DNA from: an uncultured Candidatus Saccharibacteria bacterium
GTDB taxonomy: Bacteria; Patescibacteriota; Saccharimonadia; Saccharimonadales; OMJO01
NCBI GenBank assembly: GCA_964494415.1
Contig: CAZBRC010000002.1
Span: forward strand, 1 to 36,570
Direction of reading: 5' to 3'
DNA length: 36,570 nucleotides
Part shown: positions 15,504 through 24,221 of the stretch, piece by piece
Layout: the number at the start of each line of letters is the position of its first letter
Position numbering within the stretch: position 1 is the first letter of the stretch
Notes under the pieces: generated by a model
Database searches by the model: none
What the model was told of the DNA's origin: nothing
The model's input: the letters and a program-made list of their open reading frames with translations, nothing else
Translations under genes and position numbers: made by a program

Positions 15504-16961
15504 CTACTGTAACTGCGATTGTATAAGTTTTCGGGCAACTTCGGGGTTTGCCTTGCCTTGGCTAGCCCGCATAACTTGCCCAACTAGGTAGCCGATGGCT
15601 TTGGTTTCACCACTCTGAATATCGTTTGCTGCTTGCGGGTTGTCCGCTATAACCTGTTTGACGATTTCGGCCAGCTCGTTCTCGTCGGACAGCTGGATAA
15701 AGCCTTGTTCCTCGGCGTACTTGCCAATTGATGATGGTAGAGCGGAGAGCGCTGCTAATTGTTGGAATAGGTTCTTGGCAGCCGTTGAACTCAGTTTGTC
15801 AGCTAAGCTTAGGTCGCAAATATCCATCAATAATTGGTCAACATCTTTTTGGCTTAGCTTTATAGCAGCCTCGCGACGTAGCGGCACGACAACGTTAACG
15901 GCCCAGTTTGCTAAAAATTTAGCAACATCCTTTTTACTGAGGTGCTGGTTTATCAGGGTGAGATAACTTTGTTCATCGTTTTCGACCTCGGCTTCGAGTA
16001 ATGTATCAATTTGTTCGCTTTCCATCCCTAAATCTTTGAGCTTGTGACGCCAGGCTTTGGGGAGGACTGGCATTTCTTGGCTGATTTTATCGATGTAAGC
16101 ATCGCTTAGCTCAACTGGAGGTACATCAGGCTCAGGCATATAACGATAATCATGAGCTTCTTCTTTGCCGCGCTGTGATAGGGTTTTTTGTTTGGCATCG
16201 TCCCAGCCTCGGGTCTCTTGGGTAATCGTCTCACCTTTTTCCAAAAGCTCGATTTGCCGTTTGATTTCGTACTCGGCCGCTTTTTCGACGCTTCGGAAGG
16301 AGTTGAGGTTTTTTGTCTCGGTACGAGTTCCCAGTTTGTTCGGGTCTTTGCTAACCGACACATTAACATCAAACCGCATGTTGCCATAAAAGAGGTCAGC
16401 ATCAGAAACATCGGCATAGCGCATCAATAGATACAGTTCCCGCGCATAAGCCTTGGCCTCGGCTGGACTGTGAATGTCTGGTTCGGACACAATCTCAAGC
16501 AGTGGCGTGCCGGCACGGTTGAGATCGACCAAGCTGTAGTCGGCGCCTGCTGGGTGAATGTTTTTGCCGGCGTCTTCCTCGATTTGAACACGGTTTAAGT
16601 GGATGATGCTCGTGCTACCGTCAACCTCGATCTCAACCGTGCCGCCCTGAATAATCGGATGCGACAACTGGGTAATCTGATAGCCCTTTGGTAAGTCTGG
16701 GTAAAAATAGTGTTTTCTTTCAAAAAAACTGTAGTGCTGCGGCTTAGTATTAAATGCAAAGGCGGCTTTGGTAGCCATGTGGATGACTTCTTCGTTCAAC
16801 ACTGGCAGTGCTCCAGGCATACCTAAACATATGTGGCTAATTAGGGTGTTGGGCTGAGCGTCACGGGCATCATTATCAACAGCCGCAAACAGCTTGGTTT
16901 TGGTTTTGAGCTGGACATGGCACTCAATCCCGATAGTTACATGATAATCACTTGCGGCCAC
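15504..16961 (-). CDS. gatB: Asp/Glu-tRNA amidotransferase subunit B
   Basis: 485 aa. VTIGIECHVQLKTKTKLF N-terminus, a GatB core and a C-terminal GatB/YqeY domain. GTG start at 16961 with an AGGAG SD 11 nt upstream, inside the 3' end of the preceding ORF. Confidence 0.95.
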   Translation of the reverse strand: MAASDYHVTIGIECHVQLKTKTKLFAAVDNDARDAQPNTLISHICLGMPGALPVLNEEVIHMATKAAFAFNTKPQHYSFFERKHYFYPDLPKGYQITQLSHPIIQGGTVEIEVDGSTSIIHLNRVQIEEDAGKNIHPAGADYSLVDLNRAGTPLLEIVSEPDIHSPAEAKAYARELYLLMRYADVSDADLFYGNMRFDVNVSVSKDPNKLGTRTETKNLNSFRSVEKAAEYEIKRQIELLEKGETITQETRGWDDAKQKTLSQRGKEEAHDYRYMPEPDVPPVELSDAYIDKISQEMPVLPKAWRHKLKDLGMESEQIDTLLEAEVENDEQSYLTLINQHLSKKDVAKFLANWAVNVVVPLRREAAIKLSQKDVDQLLMDICDLSLADKLSSTAAKNLFQQLAALSALPSSIGKYAEEQGFIQLSDENELAEIVKQVIADNPQAANDIQSGETKAIGYLVGQVMRASQGKANPEVARKLIQSQLQ

Positions 16962-17382
16962 TGGGCAACGCTCCTAAATCTCTTAAAGCCTGGCCAAAAC
17001 CCAGTAGGGCGTTTTTGACATCCGCTTCTTTGAGTTTAAATGTATCGTCGGCTAATATCTTTTTACAGAGGTTATGGGCGAACCAAACCGCGTCATTGTC
17101 GGTAAAGGTTCGTTGGGCGGAGACCATCCGCTCACCCATGCGTTTACCGCTAAAGCGTCGGCGTTTTAGGGCACTATCGAGTAATTTATCGGCAGCTATA
17201 ACAGCTTCTGGCCAGGTATCTTTTTTACGGCAATACTGCTGAAGCTCTTTCCACTTAGTAACGTATTTTTCAACATTTAGCCGTCGGGGGCGTCGTTTGC
17301 GGATGCGTAATCCTATAAATACAACGATCAAGATTATAACAGCGGCGGCCGCGACAGTATTGAACGTTATCGGCAGATTCAT
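16948..17382 (-). CDS. Uncharacterised single-pass membrane protein inserted between gatA and gatB
   Basis: 144 aa. TM helix AAAAVIILIVVFIGL, then a basic soluble domain (RKRRPRRL..WPEAVIAADKLLDSALKRRRFSGKRMGERMV..DNDAVWFAHNLCKKI). A strong GAGGAGG SD lies 7 nt upstream. Its ATG overlaps the gatA stop (ATGA) and its 3' end overlaps gatB by 14 nt. Confidence 0.7.
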   Translation of the reverse strand: MNLPITFNTVAAAAVIILIVVFIGLRIRKRRPRRLNVEKYVTKWKELQQYCRKKDTWPEAVIAADKLLDSALKRRRFSGKRMGERMVSAQRTFTDNDAVWFAHNLCKKILADDTFKLKEADVKNALLGFGQALRDLGALPSGRK

Positions 17383-18806
17383 GCTATAGCCTCCTCGGCC
17401 GCACGAGCGAACGCCAGCAGTTCGGCATCACGACGTGAAGACGCCATTATCTGTAAGCCAACCGGCATATTCTTGTGGGTGCCAGCAGGGATTGATATGG
17501 CAGGATTTCCAACAAGATTAGGTGCAACCGTCAGGATATCACTTACATACATCGTAAGTGGGTCTTCGGTGTGCTCACCAATCGTAAAGGCAATAGTTGG
17601 TGTGGTTGGGCCTATCAAAAAATCAACCTTCTTAAAAGCGTTCTCGAACTCGCGAATAAGTTTGGTGCGCACTATCTGAGCTTTTCGATAGTACGCGTCA
17701 TAGTAGCCACTACTCAGCACATACGTGCCGATCATGATCCGGCGCTTAGCTTCGTCACCAAAGCCTTCTTGTCGACTCCAAATATAACTTTCGTTGAGGT
17801 TCTTGGCTTTTGCATGAGAAAAACCATACCGTTGCCCATCATATCGGCTCAAGTTACTACTAACTTCTGCGGGGCAAATAATGTAATAGCAAGCCAGGGC
17901 GAGCGGCAAAGACGGTACGCTTACCTCTGTTATCGTAGCGCCCGCCTGCTTTAACGTATCAATTGCGGCAGTGATTTGTTTTTTAACCCCATCGTCAACT
18001 CCTTCGGCCAAGTGTTCTTTAATAACACCGACTGTAACGCCTTTTAGACTGACTGCGGGCAAGGTAGCGTAGCCTTGCTTTTGGGTTGGGATGGTAGTTG
18101 AGTCTAGTTCGTCTTGCCCGGCCATAACGTCCATAACAAGAGCAACATCCTCGACTGTTTTTGCAAACGCACCAATAGTATCAGTACTACTCGCCATGGC
18201 TACCACGCCCGAACGAGATACCAAACCATAGGTCGGCTTGTACCCCACTGCCCCGGTAAAGGCAGCCGGTTGGCGGATTGAGCCACCGGTGTCGCTTCCC
18301 AACGCAAAAGGAGCCATATCTAAGATAACGGCCGCCGCCGATCCCCCCGATGATCCGCCCGGAACACGCGTGGTATCGTGTGGGTTTTTGGTCGTAAATA
18401 GGTCGCTGTTCTCGGTGCTTGATCCATGAGCAAAGGCGTCAAGGTTAGCTTTGGCGACGCAAATAGCACCCTCAGCCTCGAGCCGCTCAATAGCAGTAGC
18501 CTGGTATGGAGCCTCAAAGCCTTTCAAGATATTACTGGCGGCCGTGGTTTCGCTTCCAAATGCTAAAAAGTTGTCTTTGGCGATGAACGGCACGCCTGCC
18601 AAACGGCCAGGTTTTCCGCCTTCTTTAACTATGGAGTCAATTTCGGTTGCCCGTTGTCGTGCTCGCTCCGCCGTGCTAGAGATAATCGCCTGGTAGCTTT
18701 TTTTATCCTCAATAGTCTGTAGTGCTTTTTCAACCAAATCAGCAGCTAATGTCTTGCCACTACAAACATCGGCCGCAAGGGCCTGGATAGACGGCCATTG
18801 GCTCAT
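17379..18806 (-). CDS. gatA: Asp/Glu-tRNA amidotransferase subunit A
   Basis: 475 aa with the amidase signature GGSSGGSAAAV and a GSDTGGSIRQPAA motif. Its ATG overlaps the gatC stop (ATGA). Confidence 0.95.
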   Translation of the reverse strand: MSQWPSIQALAADVCSGKTLAADLVEKALQTIEDKKSYQAIISSTAERARQRATEIDSIVKEGGKPGRLAGVPFIAKDNFLAFGSETTAASNILKGFEAPYQATAIERLEAEGAICVAKANLDAFAHGSSTENSDLFTTKNPHDTTRVPGGSSGGSAAAVILDMAPFALGSDTGGSIRQPAAFTGAVGYKPTYGLVSRSGVVAMASSTDTIGAFAKTVEDVALVMDVMAGQDELDSTTIPTQKQGYATLPAVSLKGVTVGVIKEHLAEGVDDGVKKQITAAIDTLKQAGATITEVSVPSLPLALACYYIICPAEVSSNLSRYDGQRYGFSHAKAKNLNESYIWSRQEGFGDEAKRRIMIGTYVLSSGYYDAYYRKAQIVRTKLIREFENAFKKVDFLIGPTTPTIAFTIGEHTEDPLTMYVSDILTVAPNLVGNPAISIPAGTHKNMPVGLQIMASSRRDAELLAFARAAEEAIA

Positions 18807-19096
18807 TCGAGTACCCTGCGTACCTTTATGTGTCCATCTTGTGTAGCCGGAGCATTTTTAAGGAGCTCCTCTGCTGTTATTCCGTAATCTTTTACGCGGT
18901 CTGGACGCATAACGTTAGTGAGACCCGTTACTTGATAGGTTGGCTCAAGGTCGTCAACATTAACAGTCTGCAGCTGCTCAACATAATCTAATATCGCCGA
19001 AATTTCTTTTTGGTATTTCGGTACGTCTTTGGCGTCCAAATGTAGACGAGCCAACTTTGCCAGTTTAATAACTTCCGCTTCACTCAATTTTGCCAT
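18803..19096 (-). CDS. gatC: Asp/Glu-tRNA amidotransferase subunit C
   Basis: 97 aa. VIKLAKLARLHL...ILDYVEQL...VDDLEPT is typical of GatC. It is the first gene of the gat operon. TATACT lies 9 nt upstream of the ATG. Confidence 0.85.
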   Translation of the reverse strand: MAKLSEAEVIKLAKLARLHLDAKDVPKYQKEISAILDYVEQLQTVNVDDLEPTYQVTGLTNVMRPDRVKDYGITAEELLKNAPATQDGHIKVRRVLE

Positions 19097-19194
19097 TTCA
19101 GGCTTAGTATAACAGGCTCACTTGTGGACTTTCTACCCAAAAACGCTTTACAAACGTAATCTTTGAGAGCATGCTTATGGTAAAGGAACGCACT

Positions 19195-19467
19195 ATGGCA
19201 TTAACGTTAGCCGAGATAGAAGAGTTCGAATCACACGCCTTACAGGCTACTCTTGCTCAAAGTGCTAACGTCGTACCACCATTTGATGCACGAGCCGAAC
19301 TTGTAGCCGTGGCTGATGCTGCTCGTGACCTCTTCCATCTGATAGGTGACCGTGCGGTGGACAGGGTACTGGGTGTTGTTCCAGGTACGCTTATTGGCGC
19401 CTACCACGGTGGCGAAACTGCCGTTCGTACCGTGATTGCAGTTATTCCGGGTGTAAAAATAATTTAG
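19195..19467 (+). CDS. Hypothetical small protein (90 aa)
   Basis: It is the only ORF in an otherwise empty 377-nt gap. An AAGGAA SD lies 7 nt upstream of ATG 19195 (MALTLAEIEEFESH...). I recognise no family. Confidence 0.5.
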   Translation: MALTLAEIEEFESHALQATLAQSANVVPPFDARAELVAVADAARDLFHLIGDRAVDRVLGVVPGTLIGAYHGGETAVRTVIAVIPGVKII

Positions 19468-19473
19468 TACTTA

Positions 19474-21438
19474 TTATAGCTTTTTCTTGATGTCATTAAT
19501 GATATCGCGTAGCTCGGCCGCCTTTTCAAACTCCAGGTTGGCGGCTGCTAAGTCCATCTGAGATGTCAAATCCTTTAATAGATGGCCGTATTCGTCCTTG
19601 GGTATTTTCTTAAGATCCAGCTTCGCCCGCTTGGCTTCTTCTGGCAAGTCAGGTCTCATGCCTTTTTCGACCGCCTTGGAAATACCTTGAGGAGTTATCT
19701 TATGGGCCTTGTTGTATTCGGTTTGAATTTGCCGACGGCGCTCGGTAACATCAAGGGTTCGGCGCATACTCCCAGTCACGGTATTGGCATACATAATTAC
19801 CCGACCTTCTACGTGCCGGGCGGCTCGGCCGACAGTCTGAATCAGCGCCTGTTCGCTCCTCAAAAAGCCTTCTTTGTCGGCATCAAGAATAGCCACTAAA
19901 CTGACCTCTGGTAAATCGAGCCCTTCGCGCAACAGATTAATACCTACTACCACATCATAGGTACCTAAGCGAAGGTCCCTTAAAATATCGGTGCGGTCGA
20001 GGGTGTCCACGTCGCTGTGCAGGTAGGTTACTTTGATGTTAAGTTCCTTGAGGTAGTCAGTTAAATCTTCGGCCATGCGCTTAGTTAGCGTTGTTACGAG
20101 CACCCGCTGGTGTTTTTTTACGGTTGCGCGGATCTCTGCTATCAAGTCATCGACTTGTCCGTCGACGGGGCGAACTTCGATGACTGGATCTAACAAACCG
20201 GTTGGCCGAATTACTTGTTGAGCCGGCTCGGGACTACGGGTTAGTTCATATTCGGCCGGCGTGGCGCTCACATAGACCAGTTTATTGACGTGTTTTTCGA
20301 ACTCCGTAAATGTCAGTGGCCGGTTATCGAGTGCGCTGGGCAAGCGAAAGCCATGCTCAACTAAAACTTCCTTACGGGCACGGTCGCCATTGTACATGCC
20401 GCGCAGTTGTGGGATGGTCATGTGTGACTCATCTATGAACATGACGAAGTCATCCGGGAAGTAGTCAAGCAAGGTTGCCGGCTGCTCGCCAGGTTCACGG
20501 TCGGTCAAATAACGACTGTAGTTTTCGATACCTTTAACAAAGCCGGTTTCTTCCATCATCTCAAGATCAAATCGGGTGCGTTGTTCGAGTCGCTGAGCCT
20601 CGAGCAATAAGTTATGCTTCTTGAAATACTGTAGCCGCTCACCCAGTTCATCCTGGATTTTGCCAAGTGCCAACTTAAGCTTTGATTCTGGTGTGACATA
20701 GTGACTACTGGGGAAAATCTTAATCTCGTTCTTTTTTGCCAGAATTTCTCCGGTTAAAGGATCGATTTGGGTAATCCGCTCAACTTCGTCACCAAACAGC
20801 TCAATGCGATAGGCTAGCTCCTCACCGGCTGGAAAGACATCAACAACATCACCACGCACCCGGAAGGTGCCACGATGGAAATCTATATCATTGCGTTGAT
20901 ACTGAATGTCCGTCAGTTGTCGCAATAATTTATCGCGCACTCGGCGTGTACCGGTAGCGATCTGAACCGCCAGGCTATCATAATCCTGCACCGAACCAAT
21001 ACCATATATACAGCTAACACTTGCCACGATTAAAACATCACGACGACTCAGCAACGCATCGGTAGCTGCGTGGCGCAGGCGATCAATTTCTTCGTTAATT
21101 TGGCTGTCTTTTTCGATATACGTGTCACTGCGCGGTATGTACGCTTCTGGCTGGTAATAATCGAAGTAACTTACAAAGTAATGAACGGCATTGTTAGGGA
21201 AAAAGGTTTTGAATTCGTTATACAGTTGGGCCGCCAGGGTTTTGTTATGACTCAACACCAGGGTGGGCTTTTGGATATTGGCGACGACGTTTGCCATGGT
21301 AAACGTTTTACCTGAGCCTGTGACACCGAGCAAGACCTGCTCTTTGGCGCCGGCTTGTAGCCCTTTGGTTAACTGGGCAATAGCCGCTGGCTGGTCGCCA
21401 GAGGGCTTGTAATCCGATGAGAGCTCAAACTTAGACAT
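19474..21438 (-). CDS. uvrB: Excinuclease ABC subunit B
   Basis: 654 aa. [15 protein letters not shown] Walker A, helicase motifs and a C-terminal UVR domain ([18 protein letters not shown]). Confidence 0.95.
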   Translation of the reverse strand: MSKFELSSDYKPSGDQPAAIAQLTKGLQAGAKEQVLLGVTGSGKTFTMANVVANIQKPTLVLSHNKTLAAQLYNEFKTFFPNNAVHYFVSYFDYYQPEAYIPRSDTYIEKDSQINEEIDRLRHAATDALLSRRDVLIVASVSCIYGIGSVQDYDSLAVQIATGTRRVRDKLLRQLTDIQYQRNDIDFHRGTFRVRGDVVDVFPAGEELAYRIELFGDEVERITQIDPLTGEILAKKNEIKIFPSSHYVTPESKLKLALGKIQDELGERLQYFKKHNLLLEAQRLEQRTRFDLEMMEETGFVKGIENYSRYLTDREPGEQPATLLDYFPDDFVMFIDESHMTIPQLRGMYNGDRARKEVLVEHGFRLPSALDNRPLTFTEFEKHVNKLVYVSATPAEYELTRSPEPAQQVIRPTGLLDPVIEVRPVDGQVDDLIAEIRATVKKHQRVLVTTLTKRMAEDLTDYLKELNIKVTYLHSDVDTLDRTDILRDLRLGTYDVVVGINLLREGLDLPEVSLVAILDADKEGFLRSEQALIQTVGRAARHVEGRVIMYANTVTGSMRRTLDVTERRRQIQTEYNKAHKITPQGISKAVEKGMRPDLPEEAKRAKLDLKKIPKDEYGHLLKDLTSQMDLAAANLEFEKAAELRDIINDIKKKL

Positions 21439-21444
21439 CCTCTC

Positions 21445-21450
21445 ATTGTA
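21445..21450 (-). promoter_or_regulatory. -10 TACAAT 6 nt upstream of the uvrB ATG (leaderless pattern)
   Basis: The minus strand reads cctgtTACAATgagaggATG. The GAGAGG abuts the ATG with no spacing, which is too close to act as an SD. Confidence 0.35.
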
Positions 21451-21459
21451 ACAGGAATC

Positions 21460-22086
21460 CTAGCCGTTTGGCTTGGGCTTGTGTGTGGCAAACCAGTGCT
21501 CACTACGCAATAGGTCTTTACGAACGTCTTGATACTCGTGGTCCAAAATTGCCACCATTTTAGCCACCAAGTTCTCTGGGTTGTCATCGTAAACCACCAA
21601 GTGCTGGCTGGGAGCCTCAAGCACGCGCATAAGCTCCGGAATAACGTCGGCAGCACCATCGGAACCAGTTAGTATGCCGACGGGTTTGTGTGCTTCTAGG
21701 GCAGTCACAAACTCGTGTAAGCTACCAAAACGGCCACCGACTGTCACTATGGCATCCGAAGATTGAATCAAAAATGTGTCGCGGCCAACGTACTGCATGC
21801 CGGTGTAACTAATGAAATCGAAGTACTCCCGTGGCAGCCGATATTTTCGGATGTGTTCCCGAACACTGGCTGCCGGTGAAAAGCCAACACTATAGCCACC
21901 AGCTTCTTTGGCACCTTTGGCAGCATAAAACGGTAGCCCGATGGTAGCACCAGTTGTCAGTATGTGACCATGTTTAGCAATCGAAGCCCCCAGACGCTCA
22001 GCCAGCCGCTTGTCAGGTTCAACGGTATCGCCGGCGGCGGCTCCGGATACACAGATTGCATACTGTAATGCCCCACCCTGCCCCAT
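21460..22086 (-). CDS. TIGR00725 / LOG-like (SLOG superfamily) Rossmann-fold nucleotide-binding protein
   Basis: 208 aa. The pattern ICVSGAAAG..., HILTTGATIGLPFYAAKGAKEAGGYSVGF, RDTFLIQSSDAIVTVGGRFGSLHEFVTALEAHKPVGIL follows the TIGR00725/LOG layout. The LOG PGGxGTxxE motif is degenerate here (GGRFGSLHE). The ATG directly follows the upstream TAA, with a GGAG SD 7 nt upstream. Confidence 0.7.
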   Translation of the reverse strand: MGQGGALQYAICVSGAAAGDTVEPDKRLAERLGASIAKHGHILTTGATIGLPFYAAKGAKEAGGYSVGFSPAASVREHIRKYRLPREYFDFISYTGMQYVGRDTFLIQSSDAIVTVGGRFGSLHEFVTALEAHKPVGILTGSDGAADVIPELMRVLEAPSQHLVVYDDNPENLVAKMVAILDHEYQDVRKDLLRSEHWFATHKPKPNG

Positions 22087-23319
22087 TTACAGCTCCAACT
22101 CTATTAGATCGAGCAGATCTGGTTGCAGAAGGTCGTTGTCGAGTTGCTTTAATACTTGGACCTCGAGCGGCTTCTCGGCAATATAACGCAAACAAAGTTC
22201 ATTCCAAAGTGAGTCGCGGAAGTAATGAGTCATGCGTTGACTGTAGTCGAGCCCATTAACATAGCAAACCGTCATATCGAGTAGATTAAAGCTAACTGGA
22301 TTACCAGATGTTGGTAGGGCTACGTAATCTATGTCGAACCAGAAGTGCAAAGCTGGCTCCAGATGGAATAATACTTCTTCGGCTTTACGCCACTCAAGAT
22401 CTTCTGGTTGAACATGCGGCTCAAATATCTCTGGGTAATAGCGCCGCTGATCGGGCCGGCCAAAGTGTCGCTGAACGATCCGCCAATGAACGGCTTGGCC
22501 ACCCATAGTCACGTGATCGGCAGGGTCCTCGGTTAAGGTTTTTACCAACAAACCTCCAAAGTCAGAATGAACTTGTTGCATTTTAAAATACGCACTATAA
22601 AGGCGGATCTCATTTATGTAGTGCAGCAACATAACCGTGGCGATTAACGTCAGGCCGGGCATTTTCTTGACGGGAAGTGGCATGATGACGACCGCACCTA
22701 GTTCTTTGAGGTGCGTGATATTGTGGTGATATTTTTCGCTATAAGTAGCGGCTAGCTTTTCCCACTTACGACCACTGAGCAAGATTACTTCGATCTTACG
22801 GGTTTCAAAATCACTGGGGTGAAGGTGCTTGTATTGGCGGTGGAACTCTTGCATCCATTTATCTGTCTCGCTCAGCCCCAGTACCGCAAAGATATGGCTG
22901 ACTGGTTCTCTCTTCAGCATAGACTCGAGCGAACGATAGCCGAGTAGCTTCATGAGCCGTTTTGGCGGGTGATTCTTAAGCATGCGCTTGGCGACACTGT
23001 GACGAAGCACCCACGCCTGCTTAGGCACGCCCAGACGGTCCACAATCAACTTAACCCGACTCAGCACATCTTCGACATCAGCCGGATCATCACCGCCAAA
23101 ACGGCGACATAAAAAAGCATCGTGTTTAGCGACCAAGTTTTGCAGGGCGGCGTACAGCTCTTTTGGTGTCGTGTCATTAGGGTCAAGACCGAGTTCTCGC
23201 ATCTTAACGTGACTCTTACCAACAATCTCAGCCGTTAGGCGAACATCGACACTTGGGTCACCACTTGCCTGCTCCAGTTTCTTTACAGCCATACCAAAGG
23301 CGGGTTCTGGAGCGCCCAA
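22087..23319 (-). CDS. Uncharacterised soluble protein (401-410 aa), no family recognised
   Basis: A long clean ORF with normal composition and no TM segments. The start is uncertain: TTG 23319 or ATG 23292, neither with an SD. It abuts the SLOG gene (TAA-ATG). Confidence 0.7.
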   Translation of the reverse strand: MGAPEPAFGMAVKKLEQASGDPSVDVRLTAEIVGKSHVKMRELGLDPNDTTPKELYAALQNLVAKHDAFLCRRFGGDDPADVEDVLSRVKLIVDRLGVPKQAWVLRHSVAKRMLKNHPPKRLMKLLGYRSLESMLKREPVSHIFAVLGLSETDKWMQEFHRQYKHLHPSDFETRKIEVILLSGRKWEKLAATYSEKYHHNITHLKELGAVVIMPLPVKKMPGLTLIATVMLLHYINEIRLYSAYFKMQQVHSDFGGLLVKTLTEDPADHVTMGGQAVHWRIVQRHFGRPDQRRYYPEIFEPHVQPEDLEWRKAEEVLFHLEPALHFWFDIDYVALPTSGNPVSFNLLDMTVCYVNGLDYSQRMTHYFRDSLWNELCLRYIAEKPLEVQVLKQLDNDLLQPDLLDLIELEL

Positions 23320-23348
23320 TAACTATGAGATGTATTTTGACATAGTTA
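23320..23348. promoter_or_regulatory. Inverted repeat TAACTATG-N13-CATAGTTA in a divergent intergenic region
   Basis: Perfect 8-bp arms at 23320-23327 and 23341-23348, lying between the 410-aa gene and the 274-aa gene. Confidence 0.3.
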
Positions 23349-23359
23349 CCTTAAGCATA

Positions 23360-23369
23360 ACACCGGTGT
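23360..23369. promoter_or_regulatory. Perfect 10-bp palindrome ACACCGGTGT
   Basis: Read directly. It lies 12 nt from the inverted repeat above in the same divergent region. Confidence 0.25.
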
Positions 23370-23396
23370 GGTCTACGGTAACCCCGGGCTTGTTAT

Positions 23397-24221
23397 TTGA
23401 TTGCATTCCTCGTACCATGTCAAGCAATGACTATTCAAGAAGCTCCCGAGATTACAGAGGAGCAACTACAGGCAATCGTTGGCAGTACGTCTGAAATTGA
23501 ACCACACTTTGATGCTCTCGGTGTAGGTGCTGAGCTTTTAGCTGATGCGCTCAGTATTACACGTGGCGTCGGTGGTGTCATGCTAGCAAAGCACATCGAA
23601 CGTACGCCAGATTATCAAAGCTGGGGAGCCGCTGGTGCCTACCTTGGCTTAAGCCTGACAGACCTAGAGGGGCTGGCTGCTCGTTGGGGCCGGGCTCGGC
23701 AAGGTAAAGATGAATCTCAGCCCCGTCCTTTCCAGGCTTGGCTCGATCACCTTACTGACAAAGCATTTGCGGACACAACCATGGCCGCCATCGCCAAAAA
23801 TGAGCTTGAGAAAGGCAATATTGTCTATGGCTCAACGGTTGCGGCTGCAGCCGGTATCATAACCACCCGTGATGTGGTTACCTGTGTTGATCGCGTAGTG
23901 GCGGACGCACAAGGCCTCGATACACGGGCACAAAAACGCGGCAAACTTAAATCTATTGAATTATATGCCCTCGGCACGGTTGCTGTTTCACCTCTGGCAA
24001 AAAACACTGCGGTCCGTACTCTACTTGGAGCCGGCTACCTACACGCCGCCAAACAATCGGTGGAAAGCGGTATTTCACTGCACAAATCGTTCAAAGAACA
24101 GCGGAGCGCCCACCGCGTTGTACGTAAGGCTCAAAGAATTGTAACCAAAGCTGTTAAAACGGTTTTGGTTGATACCAGCGCGGAGCCTTCTTTAGAAGCT
24201 CAGCCATATGATGTTGAGTAA
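23397..24221 (+). CDS. Uncharacterised Ala-rich soluble protein (264-274 aa)
   Basis: It is the only substantial ORF across 825 nt and its codon usage resembles its neighbours. The start is ambiguous (TTG 23397 or ATG 23427). Its 3' end overlaps the convergent kinase gene by 68 nt. I recognise no motif. Confidence 0.6.
   Translation: MIAFLVPCQAMTIQEAPEITEEQLQAIVGSTSEIEPHFDALGVGAELLADALSITRGVGGVMLAKHIERTPDYQSWGAAGAYLGLSLTDLEGLAARWGRARQGKDESQPRPFQAWLDHLTDKAFADTTMAAIAKNELEKGNIVYGSTVAAAAGIITTRDVVTCVDRVVADAQGLDTRAQKRGKLKSIELYALGTVAVSPLAKNTAVRTLLGAGYLHAAKQSVESGISLHKSFKEQRSAHRVVRKAQRIVTKAVKTVLVDTSAEPSLEAQPYDVE

Noticed and set aside
21369-21659. A 96-aa minus-strand ORF bridging the uvrB start and the SLOG gene end.
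   Set aside because: It is out of frame with two well-supported genes, is Trp/Thr-rich, and has no SD.
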